The notes beneath the pieces were generated by a model. That model worked only from the letters and a program-made list of their open reading frames with translations, searched no databases and was not told the DNA's origin. The position numbers were made by a program, and so were the translations under genes. From positions 2,976,001-3,040,000 of the forward strand of contig NEEC01000012.1 in assembly GCA_002189035.1 (NCBI GenBank): a stretch of 64,000 nt of DNA, in the 5' to 3' direction. This DNA is from Utricularia gibba. Lineage: Eukaryota > Plantae > Magnoliophyta. Below are positions 19,206-30,562 of this stretch, one piece after another. Positions within the stretch are counted from its first letter, which is position 1. Every line of letters begins with the position of its first letter.

Positions 19206-19545
19206 AGATTGACTTCCGTTACTGACGGAATGAATGAAGCGGTGGTGTGAGAAGACAAGTGGTGGTGGCACTCGTCGTGGTAGGCGCATTTAATGCTAAC
19301 CATCGCTTTGTCAATTGAAATCAACGCAAAATCCCAGCCCTGCTTCCTGATTACGACAATATTTTATTATTTAAAAATTGCAATAAATAAAAAAATTAGC
19401 TTGGCAAAAAGGATACTATTACACTTAACGAAGTAATTAATTTCTTATTATTAATACTATTAATGCTATTTTCTTATTTTTACGAGATGATTTAATTATT
19501 TTATATACTTTGACTTTGCGCTGACTTGATTGGAATGCGGTCAAT

Positions 19546-22190
19546 TCATTCAAACTCGAACTTCATGAGAAGCCGAACAGACTTGAGCTTCTGGCCCTTC
19601 TTATCGTACAGAGGGACGGCGCGGAAGCCGGGTCGGATATCGGAGACGAGGAGACAGGTCTGGCCTCCGAAGTCATCCTTGTCGGAGCGATCGTACTCCC
19701 GGACCTCTATCTGCAGCAATGCCAGCTCCGGGATCCGCAGTGGGAACTTGAACTCCTCGTCCCAGTAGGGCGCCCAATCATCCTCTATGGTCCGAGTGCA
19801 GTTCTTCGCGATGTCCGCCGGTACTCCATGTAGGTATATCTGCATCCGGGACACGGTGGTATCATAAAAAGAGTGGATGACTGGTATTATACAGTGGCAG
19901 ACCTTGGTGTAGAAGTCTGGAGGTGAGAAGGCGTCGAAGTGTGTGTGGCTGAAATCCAGGCGCCACCCATCTCCCATGTACACAACTACCTGGAAAACAA
20001 GGGCAGAGGTTCATTCATCGTTTCTGTTTGTATCTCTGGCTGGAGGTTGGTGTTAGGTACCTTTAGTGTTTTCCTGACGGGCCATGGCAATCGAGGGTCG
20101 AAGGCCTCATTACAGGAGGTGCGCGTCATGAGGAGGTCTGGTTTTTTTAGATACCCGCAGCCGCCGTTAGAGCGGAATATTCCATGCATCATCCACAGAG
20201 GTTTTCCATAACCCTGTTGCAGCCAAGTGTCGTTGAGTGGGGGACAAGAACAAGAAGTCTCATTCAACCAGGATCAACTGACCTGCATGTTGAAGGCCAC
20301 CATCTGTGCTCCATGGATCCATCCAATAGTTGGCTTGAAGTTGGAAGAATTTACTCGCGTTCCTTTGGGAAACACCCTCAATATGTTGTTTTGTGTGAAC
20401 CTATTGAGACAGGAAAAGCAATGCATGAATCACCAATTAAACTTGTTGAGAGAGATGCAAGTCACCATGGCTACCTAACTACATCTGTGGCGTACAATTC
20501 AGCAGCCCTTTCAAGTTCTTGTTCGCTCAAACTCAATCTGCGAGCTCTATCTATGCTTGCCCTTAGAACTTGCCTCAATCCCTTGTTCTTGGCATTACTA
20601 GCGTGAATAGCAATCAGACGCTTGTACTCTGGTGCTACAGGGACTCCTGGTTTTCTGTTCAAATCGTCAGTTTCTCCATCATCACTTTCGAACTGGTCAT
20701 CAACAGAAATCGAAACATTAGATATACAAGCACTGGATTTTACATATGTAATCGTTGCCGCTTTTCACCTTGTCACCAGACTCTTGAGGATCGAGTTCTT
20801 CTGGGGATGATTCTTTCTCCTTGGGAGATGAAGGTTCCCCATCCTTGATGGTAATACTGCTTCCTCCAAGGTACTCTTTTGGAGGTTTTGTGGACAGAAT
20901 TATTTTATGTTGCAAAGATTCAGGTGAAGGGAATTCTTCCAACAATGCAGACTCTGGGACATAGAGCATATCTCCAAATATACCTGTGGCCATCTAAAAC
21001 AAAGGCTTCTTCTAACTCTAAGGCACAACAATGTCTCAGGAGATGGACCTCCAAAACATACCATAAAAGTTTAAATACAACTTACCTCAGCCACTTTTGC
21101 CTGAAGTTCTGGAGTAAGGTGATCCTCCAATGTGATGATGACAGGGTAAGGGGACTTAACAAAGGCATGCTCTTTGATAGATATCAAGCACTTTCTAAGT
21201 GCCACAGGAGTCGTTAGAGTCCTGTATTTTGGTTGAAGTTTCAGAACAAGAACAAGGATGTGGAAACTTTAACTCCAGTGTACCTTCCATGAAGCACATG
21301 AATGTTATCTTTGCTAGAATTAGGCCATAAATCGAGCTCTATACCCCTCACACCATTTTCCAGAGCCTTCACAATAGGTAGTTCACTGCAGTCACTGCTC
21401 AGCTGGTTCCCAGTTAAGTAGGAATTATGACCTGTGTATATAAAGTAATGGTGCAACGGAGCAGACATGTCATGGTGTACCTGGCGAATTCATTCACCAA
21501 GGTGTCAATCTAATGTAAAGCCTGTCCACTTCAATATCATCTTTTTCGTGTTGCTGAATGTCAGCTAAATGCAATAACACAAAGCCAATGCAGAGAAAAC
21601 AAGCCCACAACTGAACTATATATATATATATTCCAAGGACGCCACATTCTGTTGTCCTTAAATGGCCTCCCGACATTCAAATTTCCATCAAATGCAGAGA
21701 AGCATTCTGTAATAAATCTGTACTTAATATCTACATTATGCTAAATTAGCAATCAAAGATCGATTTCTTTATCTTCTTGCGTACAACATAGAAAAAGAAG
21801 AAAATCGCATGGTCTCCGGACAGGGGAAAAGACGAGTAACGAGAAAGTAGGGAAAAAAAAAAAAGAGCTGACCTCTGAAGGAATTGGGCCGTTGAGATCA
21901 ACTTGGAATAAGAAATAAAAGAAGTCCTCAATTGTGAAGTTGCGTCGCGTCTCAGAGGGGTACCGGCGCCGGAAAACCTGTTGCATAATGGCATCCGCGT
22001 CAGCGACAGAGTAGGTTTCTTCGCGTTGGTGTTGAACCAAGAATCGGAGGAATTGATCGGGGGTCATCTCCGACTCCCCATCGGCAAAACGCCAGAACGC
22101 CCCCCGCACGTCCGGAGGCGGTTCCGATTCACTGATCTTGAATTTACGGTTGAAACAACCGAACATTTTATAATAGTTGTAACTTCCCAT
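19546..22190 (-). CDS. Phosphoinositide-specific phospholipase C (EF-hand-like, X, Y, C2 domains)
   Basis: [89 protein letters not shown]2 domain DFGGQTCL; exon phases consistent. Confidence 0.93.
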
Positions 22191-22671
22191 GATGCCTAAA
22201 TCATCCGATATCGTCCTAGATCGCTCCTCGAACTATTTTCGATTGCATTTCTTTGTGAAATGCATGGCTTACAGAAGAAAAAAGGTATATGATATGAATC
22301 CTTTTCCCTACAGAATCAGAATGAGGAGAAGGGTGCTTTCATTCATTCTTTCTGTTTCATCTCACGGGAAAGAAGGCGAGAGACAACTGGGAAACAAGAG
22401 AATGATCGATAAAGAGAGAAAGAAGAAGCTCGAATTCAACCAAGCAGTCGACGAAAATGATGAACGTCGCACAAGTTTTACGACCGTTTGGTTTTTTTTC
22501 ATATTTTAATTTAATAAAAAAAATATAACTATATCGGGTAAGGAATGAGGTTTGACAGAAGATTTGGGGTGAAAGCACAAAAACCAGGAAGTTGAGGAGG
22601 CTCTTTCTTCGCGGCCAAGCAAACTAATCCAGACCCTTCAGTGCGCGAGGCCATCTTGCGGTAGGGAATAT

Positions 22672-22690
22672 GCCACGTCACCTCTATAAA
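22672..22690 (+). promoter_or_regulatory. ABRE/G-box-like GCCACGTC immediately upstream of a TATA box (DREB2 promoter)
   Basis: GCCACGTC at 22672-22679 and TATAAA at 22685-22690, about 170 nt upstream of the exon-1 ATG. Confidence 0.55.
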
Positions 22691-22860
22691 CACTTTCGGA
22701 AACTTGCCGAAATATCCAGAGGGTGCTTAAGCATGGGGATTAACAGCAATCTCGTGGGAATTATAAAGATAAATCAGACGACGCGCTTCTTGATGTTTGC
22801 TCATTTTGGTGAATCTTGCGTGTGAAGCTACTTGTTTCTTGCGTCTGCGAACGCTTTTTC

Positions 22861-24152
22861 ATGTCGACCGAGATTGCACGAAGGTACGGCTTCCGCGATT
22901 TGTGATTCTGGAATGTTGCGTTGAATCGCCGGTATTTTTCGTGGTGTTTTGAAAAACTTGGTTGTGTCGTTGAGTTTCCTCGTTGTTGTTAGAAAGTAAG
23001 TTTTTGAACGGAATATCCGCTTCTTGTAGAGGCACGTCTTCACTGGCGTTTGTGCTTTCGCCTCTTTGTGTTTTTTGTTGGTTTTAATGGCTGTATATTT
23101 GGTTTTAGAAGGATGTAAAGTGATTTGGTTTTTCCCATACTCGGTGTAGTTTCACTCTGATTCTGAGATTGTTGTGTTGTGTTTCATTTTGGTGCAGGGG
23201 TATGAACTTAACTCATCAAGCAATGGAACTCGCAAAGATGAGAAAATCGAGAGGTCGAAAGAGTGGAACAGCCAATATTGCAGAAACATTGGCAAAGTGG
23301 AAGGAGTACAACACTAGAAATGACGTTGTTGACAGTGATGATAAGAAAGTGTACAAAGCTCCTGCCAAGGGATCAAAAAAAGGATGTATGAGAGGAAAGG
23401 GTGGTCCGGAGAACGCTCGTTGCAATTACAGGGGTGTTAGGCAGAGGACTTGGGGTAAATGGGTTGCTGAGATTCGGGAACCTCACAGGGGAAGCAGACT
23501 TTGGTTAGGCACATTCAGCACTGGTCACGAAGCTGCACTTGCTTATGATGAAGCTGCTAGAGCAATGTATGGTCCTGGCGCACGCCTCAATTTTCCTTGT
23601 TGCAGTTCATCAATGGATTCTTGTTCAACTGGTACTACTTCGGACTCCATGAAGTCGGAGGGTTTGCTTGGAGAAAGGGGGCACAGTGCAGATGTTTCAG
23701 TGATTAAAAAGGAAGTTAATGAGGGGTGTTCACAGAATGTGGATTCTAGAAATCCTTCTGCAGTGAATGAAACAGCCACCCATCAGGTGCTTGATGAAAA
23801 GCCTATCAAGGATACCAAAGAAGAAGTGGCAGAGGAATCGGTTCCCACGCAATCAACAATGTATCTGCACAACGGACAGCATCCAAGAACCTTATCCGGA
23901 CAACATCCATCAGATGTGATGTTTGATGTGGATGATCTACTTGCTGCATTGGAATCTGCTCCTCCTCATCCCACTCACAGGCCTCCGGAAGCTTCGTTTC
24001 AGGAACCCCTGGATGCGATTCCCACTGAGAGCCTCAGCCTCCCAAACCTGCATGATAATGGGCTTGATTTCCTGAAACCAGGGAGGCAAGAGGATTATAA
24101 CACCATGTTCCTCGATTTGTTCATGGATTTGGACAAAGACATGGTGCTATGA
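22861..24152 (+). CDS. DREB2C: DREB2-type AP2/ERF transcription factor (DREB2C-like), 2 exons
   Basis: Exon 1 22861-22883 (MSTEIAR) joins exon 2 23198-24152 in frame (978 nt). [16 protein letters not shown] and AP2 domain [19 protein letters not shown]...WLGTF...[14 protein letters not shown]...ARLNFP. A second in-frame ATG is at 23202. Confidence 0.85.
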
Positions 24153-25533
24153 TTCGTGACAGAGTGTCATCCCTGGAACAAAGATTACTACTTAGGAAAG
24201 TAATGTATATCGGATTTTTGAACTGATAACACCAGTACAGTTGTCGTCGTCTCTTGGTTCTCCCGTTGAGAGCAGATCCTCCTGGGGCAGCATTCAGTAA
24301 CACTGCAGCGCACACGTCCAGAGAGGAATTAATTTACGTAGCTCTATTGGAAAAAGATTGGACTTCAGAACGTTGGGGGCTCGATTTTTACTGCAGTGTA
24401 CAAATGGGCTGACTGAGGAATGACAGCCCAGGCCGTTAGAGTCAAGGCTCACATTCCAGGCCCCACGTGTGCTCGGGTCCATGTGCTGAGCCGGCTCATC
24501 GGTGCAAATCCGGAAGTCAAACTCAGTATGATTTCCAGGCAATGACTGTTTCCTGATACGCTCACATCTCACCATTCATCCACTACGTGTTAGCAAAATC
24601 ACAGCCATCCATCCTCCCTCTCCATTCACCATTTTCTCAGGAACTAACTTTTTCTACGTCTTCTTTTTCCTTTATCTCGTCACTTTACAGGTGACCCCTG
24701 CTTGCATCATTCATCAAGAGCCAAGGCAATCGGACAACGTTGCACGAACTCCCATGTATTCTGCAGTTGCTTTCTCATTAACTTTTTACTGCTAAAATTC
24801 TGCAGTAACCCATTTCTTTTTCTTTCTTTTTTTGGTTTTTACTCTTTCCCCGAAGCCCTCTCGACAACCGCTTTCGCGGGTGGCGGTGATTTTCGGTTCA
24901 TTTGTCGAAATCCGGCTGCCCCATGTTTACCTCATCGTGGTTCCTCGCCATTTTGGCTCTCCGTCATATCTGATCATGTTTCAGAGCATTGATGGCTTCC
25001 TAGTCTTGTTAGGCTCTTTAGATGTTCAATTCACAGTTCGTTCAGAGAACGTTGTTTATTATTTATCATTATAAAAGGTTCCGTTTTTTTTTTTTTTTTT
25101 TTCTGTCCGCTTATTTTGCAACTGGCTTTTTCCGTTCCCTGCAGATGTTCGTTTGAAAAATATATGATTCAGTAAACTTCATCCGGAACTCATTCTTGTC
25201 GTAAATCAATCACCCATTGTTTCTGGAATTTGAATACTTGGTCGTTGAAATGCTGTAGTCCCACATTCTATTGACGATATTGGCTGTTTTCTTATGCAAG
25301 TTGTTGTTGTATTGGCGATATAACATCAAATTATCATCACATGAAGAGACGGTTGTTGGATCATTGTAACCACCAATTCGACAAGCATCGTAAGAATCAT
25401 TGTTTCCTTTCTTTAACAATGAATAATATATTATCAGTCTGCTTCCTTTGGCATCTTCAAGCACATGATGCGTCTTACTTACTACAAGTTATGGTGACCT
25501 GAGGTTTGATTTCTCCATCTGGTAGGAAACTGA

Positions 25534-28500
25534 ATGAAGCAGAGTTCATGATGCATTACTACTCCTTTAAATGGATGTTATAGTTTCTAAAGATATTCTT
25601 TTTTTGGTTAAATGAATAGCTTTTGAGGCGTACTGGTGTGACTCATGGCACCCAGTGGAGCGCCTGAAGATTGGAGGTGGTGCTATATCGGCAAATATCA
25701 TAAAAAAGACCAGGTTTTTGAGGAGGATGTTCCCCTATCTCATTTTCGTGTAAGGTCAAGAAAAGCTGTGCCGTATGACTGCACATTGTTTTTGAGGCCG
25801 GGAATTGATATTTCTGTCCTCTATTTTCCCGAAAACACCAAAAATTCAGCCGATGATACTGAAGAGGAGCCTGTAAGTTTCGTATGTGGTTGGGGTATTT
25901 TATAAAAAGTCTCTTACGTGGTTACTGCTATTGAGCGAGGGGTTAGCTGCAACCTATTTCTATCAATGTTCTGAGTATATTTCAAGTTATCCTTGAAACT
26001 AAATACTGCCTGTATTTTAATGTAGGTGTGGGTTGATGCCAGGATAAGATCCATTGAGAGAAAAAAACATGATCTTGGATGTGATTGCCAATTCTTTGTC
26101 AGTTTGTATATTGATCAGGGACCGGAAATTTGTTGGGGAACTAGAAGGCTGAGCAGAGAGTCTATCCAGGTGAAGATTGATCATATTTCAGTACTCCAAG
26201 GTTTGGGGAGCAAACCATGTTACAATCAGTATTACCGCTGGTGCTACTCGGAAGACTGTTCTTCACTGCATAGGTTGTCACTATTAAGTGGTAGATTCTC
26301 TTCTGATGTTTCCTGGCTTCTAGTTGCATCTGTGGTGAAGCAAACTGGGTTTCACATCCTAACACTACAGAATCATATTGCTTATGCATTATCAGAATCC
26401 AGTCCTGATGTGGCACAAGCAGATACCTGCAAAGTCACTTATACCTTGAATTTCAAGTTAGAAAATGAGGTTTTGATTCCAAAAACTTTTCGTTATGATC
26501 CATCTAAGATTGACCGAGGGTGTGATGGACGTGAAATTGGATTCTTCTCTTCTCATGAGGATGCAGAGCTGCGGAGATCAAAGCGGAGAACTAGAGAGCC
26601 GGACCGTTTTTTGGCCTTGGATGATTTTCCAGAGTATGAAGTTAAGGTTACTCGGCTTGGAGAAAACAAGACATATTCTATGGAGGATGGCAACAGTTCA
26701 TCAGACAGTGACCATGTCAATGATGATGAATACAAGGATATGCCAGTGCCTTTATCAGTCCAAGCAGATAACGAATATCAGAAGCATCTTGGTGATGAGA
26801 AGTGGAATAGATCATACGAAAGAAAGCTTCTAAAGAATTACTTGTCAAACAGAGACAAAAAAGGATCATCCTCGTCCGGAGGCAAAAGCAGGGTAAAGTA
26901 TATTCCATCGCAATCAGGGAGTGAGGCTAAAAAGGCTCGAGTAAAGGACCCTGCTCTCTTATCATCACAAGATAATTTTAATCTGGTTTTCGGATGTGGA
27001 ACTGCCACTGCCTGCAATGTAGCATCCGACAACCATGTCAAAGATGTGGTATCAAAGTTCTTTTATATGAACTCTCCACAGTCTTTGCGTAAAAAGCAGA
27101 AGCATTTGAATTCGGAATCAGATTTTGATATGGATGATTCAAGCGGAAGTGGAAACAGTAAGAAAGGAACACGCAGGAAGTATTACCGCATGAAAAATGG
27201 GTTTCCTACAAAGAATGAATGTGTTTACATTCGAGATAGCATTTATGATGTAAGAAGCTTCAAAAAAGGTTCTGTAGCTGCACAATTATGCAGGGACTTG
27301 ATTCGAAGATGCATGAATAACATAGATGCCACTCTTAAAAATGAGCCAGTACAACCACCTGTGCTTGATCAGTGGAAGGAATTCCAATCAGCGAAGTTTT
27401 TGAATAAAAGCAAACCAGAAGAGAAGCCACCAATAAAAGACGAACAAGAGTTATCAGATATTGACATGCTATGGAAGGAAATGGAGGTTGCGCTCGCATC
27501 ATGGTACCTTCTCGAGGACATTGAGGTATGCTTTTTCAGCATTTAAATCAAGCAACTGATTGGTTCATTACCGTTGAAGCCTCATCATGTGACTTGATGA
27601 TATATGTTCTTTCACAGGATTCTCATCCCAAGTCTTCGAATGAAGTGAAGAATTCGAAAGCGAAGTCAGAGAAGAAATGTGAGCATGATTTTATGCTCAA
27701 TGAACAAGTTGGAAACACTTGCCGACTATGCGGTTTTGTGGAGACTGAGATAAAGGATATCCTGCCATCATTCGTGAGTATTTTCTGTATTTGTTTGTTT
27801 GTTTGACCCATCGAAGATAAAGAGATGTTTTAATCGTAATATTCTCTGTGTCTAGTCGGGAAATGCACAGTGTTTTCCAGCAAAGGAGCAAAGAGCAGAA
27901 GGTGCTGAGCTAGAATCTAAACAGGGTATTGAGGAGGGAGATATGGAACAATTCTGTATTCATGCACCCTCGACTACTCCATCCACTGTGGGAGAAAGTG
28001 AAAAGAACGTGTGGGCGCTGATACCGGACCTAAAAGACAAGTTAAGGATTCACCAAAAACGAGCATTTGAATTTCTGTGGCGAAACATAGCTGGCTCTAT
28101 GATACCTTCCAAGATGGAGAAGAAGAAAAAGAAGCGTGGTGGCTGTGTCATTTCCCACTCTCCCGGAGCTGGGAAGACTCTCCTCATCATCGCATTTCTT
28201 GTAAGCTATCTGAAACTATTCCCTGGCTCCAGGCCGCTGGTTCTTGCTCCAAAGACGACTCTGTACACTTGGTACAAGGAAATAATCAAGTGGAATGTGC
28301 CGGTTCCGGTTTACCAGATTCATGGTGGGCAGACATATAAAGGGGAAGTGTTGAAGCAGAGAATGAAGCTGGCTCCAGGGCTTCCAAAGAACCAGGATGT
28401 ACTGCATGTTCTTGACTGCCTTGAAAAAATGCAAAGATGGCTTTCACATCCAAGCATCCTCTTGATGGGCTACACATCCTTCTTGACTCTGACTCGGGAA

Positions 28501-29847
28501 GACTCACCGTATGCTCACAGGAAGTACATGGCCCAGTTGCTGAAGCAGTGCCCTGGAATCATGATACTGGATGAAGGGCACAACCCTCGCAGCACAAAAT
28601 CAAGACTCAGGAAGGCGTTGATGAAGGTTAACACGAGGCTCAGGGTCTTGCTCTCCGGGACTTTGTTTCAGAACAACTTCGGTGAATACTTCAACACCCT
28701 GCTGTTGGCGAGGCCAAACTTTGTCAATGAAGTCTTGAGGGAGCTTGATCCTGAATACGAGAAGCGAAACAAGGACAGGCTGACCCAGTTCTCGCTGGAG
28801 AACCGGGGGAGGAAGCTTCTGATCGATAAGATATCGAAGAAGATCGATTCCAACAAGGCTGGGGAAAGAGCTCAGGCTCTGAAGACGCTCAAGAAGCTGA
28901 CTAGCAAGTTCATCAATGTCTACGAGGGAGGAACTTCTGATGAGCTCCCTGGGCTACAGTGCTATACACTGATGATGAAGCCGACGAGTCTGCAGCAAGA
29001 AATCCTGGCCAAGCTTCAGAATCAAAGGCCTGTATACAAAGGCTTCCCTTTGGAGCTGGAGCTCTTGATCACATTGGGAGCAATCCATCCCTGGTTGATC
29101 AGAACGACACAGTGCTCTGGCGCCTACTTCTCAGATGCTGAGTTGGAGGATCTGGAGCAATTCAAGTTCAACTTGAAGTCGGGATCCAAAGTCAGATTCG
29201 TGATGAACCTCATCCCCAGATGCCTCGCTCAAGACGAGAAAGTCCTCATCTTCTGCCACAACATTGCACCCATAAACATGTTCCTCGAGCTATTCCAGCG
29301 CTTCTATGGATGGCGCAAGGGGCGAGAAGTTCTGGTCCTTCAAGGAGACATAGAGCTCTTTGAAAGAGGCCGAGTGATGGACAAGTTTGAGGAAGCCGGA
29401 GGGCCATCAAAGGTCATGTTGGCCTCCATCACCGCCTGCGCAGAAGGCATCAGCCTGACCGCAGCCTCCCGGGTGATTCTCCTGGACTCCGAGTGGAACC
29501 CGTCCAAGAGCAAGCAAGCCATCGCCAGGGCCTTCCGGCCAGGGCAAAACAAAGTGGTGTACGTTTATCAGCTCCTGGCAACAGGGACTCTGGAGGAGGA
29601 AAAGCATGGTAGAACAACATGGAAGGAGTGGGTCTCCGATATGATATTCAGCGACGAACACGTCGAGGACCCGTCTCATTGGCAGGCACCCAAGATAGAA
29701 GATGAAATGCTCAGGGAGATAGTGGAGGAGGATCGGGCTGCACTCTTCCACCGGATCATGAAGAACGAGAAAGCTTTCAATGTCATCAGAGGAAAAGGTA
29801 TGATGAACGACATCTCAACCCCACAGCATCATGAAAACTCTTCCTAA
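25534..29847 (+). CDS. CLSY1: SNF2-family chromatin remodeler CLASSY1/2-like (RdDM); start uncertain, apparent frameshift at 25702-25707
   Basis: FEAYWCDSWHPVE, RVRSRKA..DCTLFLRPGIDISVL, VWVDARIRSIERK, YYRWCYSEDC; helicase motifs SHSPGAGKT, ILDEGHNPR, LSGTLFQN, ACAEGISL, SEWNPS, QAIARAFRPGQ. Exons 25620-25872, 26026-27525, 27618-27773, 27856-29847. Confidence 0.88.
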
Positions 29848-30562
29848 GTAACTGTGCAAGCAGAAGCAGCAACAAACAGTTGAAACACTAATAAACAGCA
29901 TAGTGACTGCTAGTGGCTGATTTGCCTACTGGGGATCTCTTCTTCTTTTTTCTTGGTTTTGCTTACTAACTAATCCTCGGATCTTGTGTTTTAAGAACCA
30001 ACCAAGTCTGAGGAACCATCCACCGCGTACCAACGGTGCAGTTGGAAGCCAACAGAGAGAGCATGGATCACATACCAACGGCTCACATCTCGCAAGAGCT
30101 AATTTTCTGTGCAGGTGTGTAGTAAATTAACCAACTTCATTGTGGATGATGAATCAACCCTGCAATTTGTACATTTGGTGCTTGGCGTAGGTCATTCTGA
30201 TTTGTAACTGAGATGGTGAGACCACCAGATCTAAGCAGGCAAGAAATACGTCTTTGTACTGGAAATAACTCAAGGCAAGAAAGTAGCTCTGACATTCAGG
30301 TCTCAAATTAGCTTAATCAAAATGGAAGATTCTATCATATTCCAACATGGCATACATGAATAAACTGAAGCTGCATAGCACAACCCCAGCGCAATATTCA
30401 TCATTCCTACTGACAAGTATTTCAGGTAGCAATATCGCAAGTTACATTAGCATAGATAAAGGACAAATCTTTCAGAACTTTTCTTTTATCCTGAACTCTA
30501 GCATTAGACGTCAGTGTTGCAACCATGGTGGTTAAATTTTTGGAGATGAAAGGAGGATGCCC

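Noticed and set aside
21086-21221. Suspected frameshift in PI-PLC exon 3 at the G run 21150-21153
   Set aside because: On recount the run is G4 and the exon (136 nt) keeps phase ([13 protein letters not shown]).
22691-22720. Heat-shock-element-like TTC/GAA pattern at DREB2
   Set aside because: Spacing does not fit nGAAnnTTCn.
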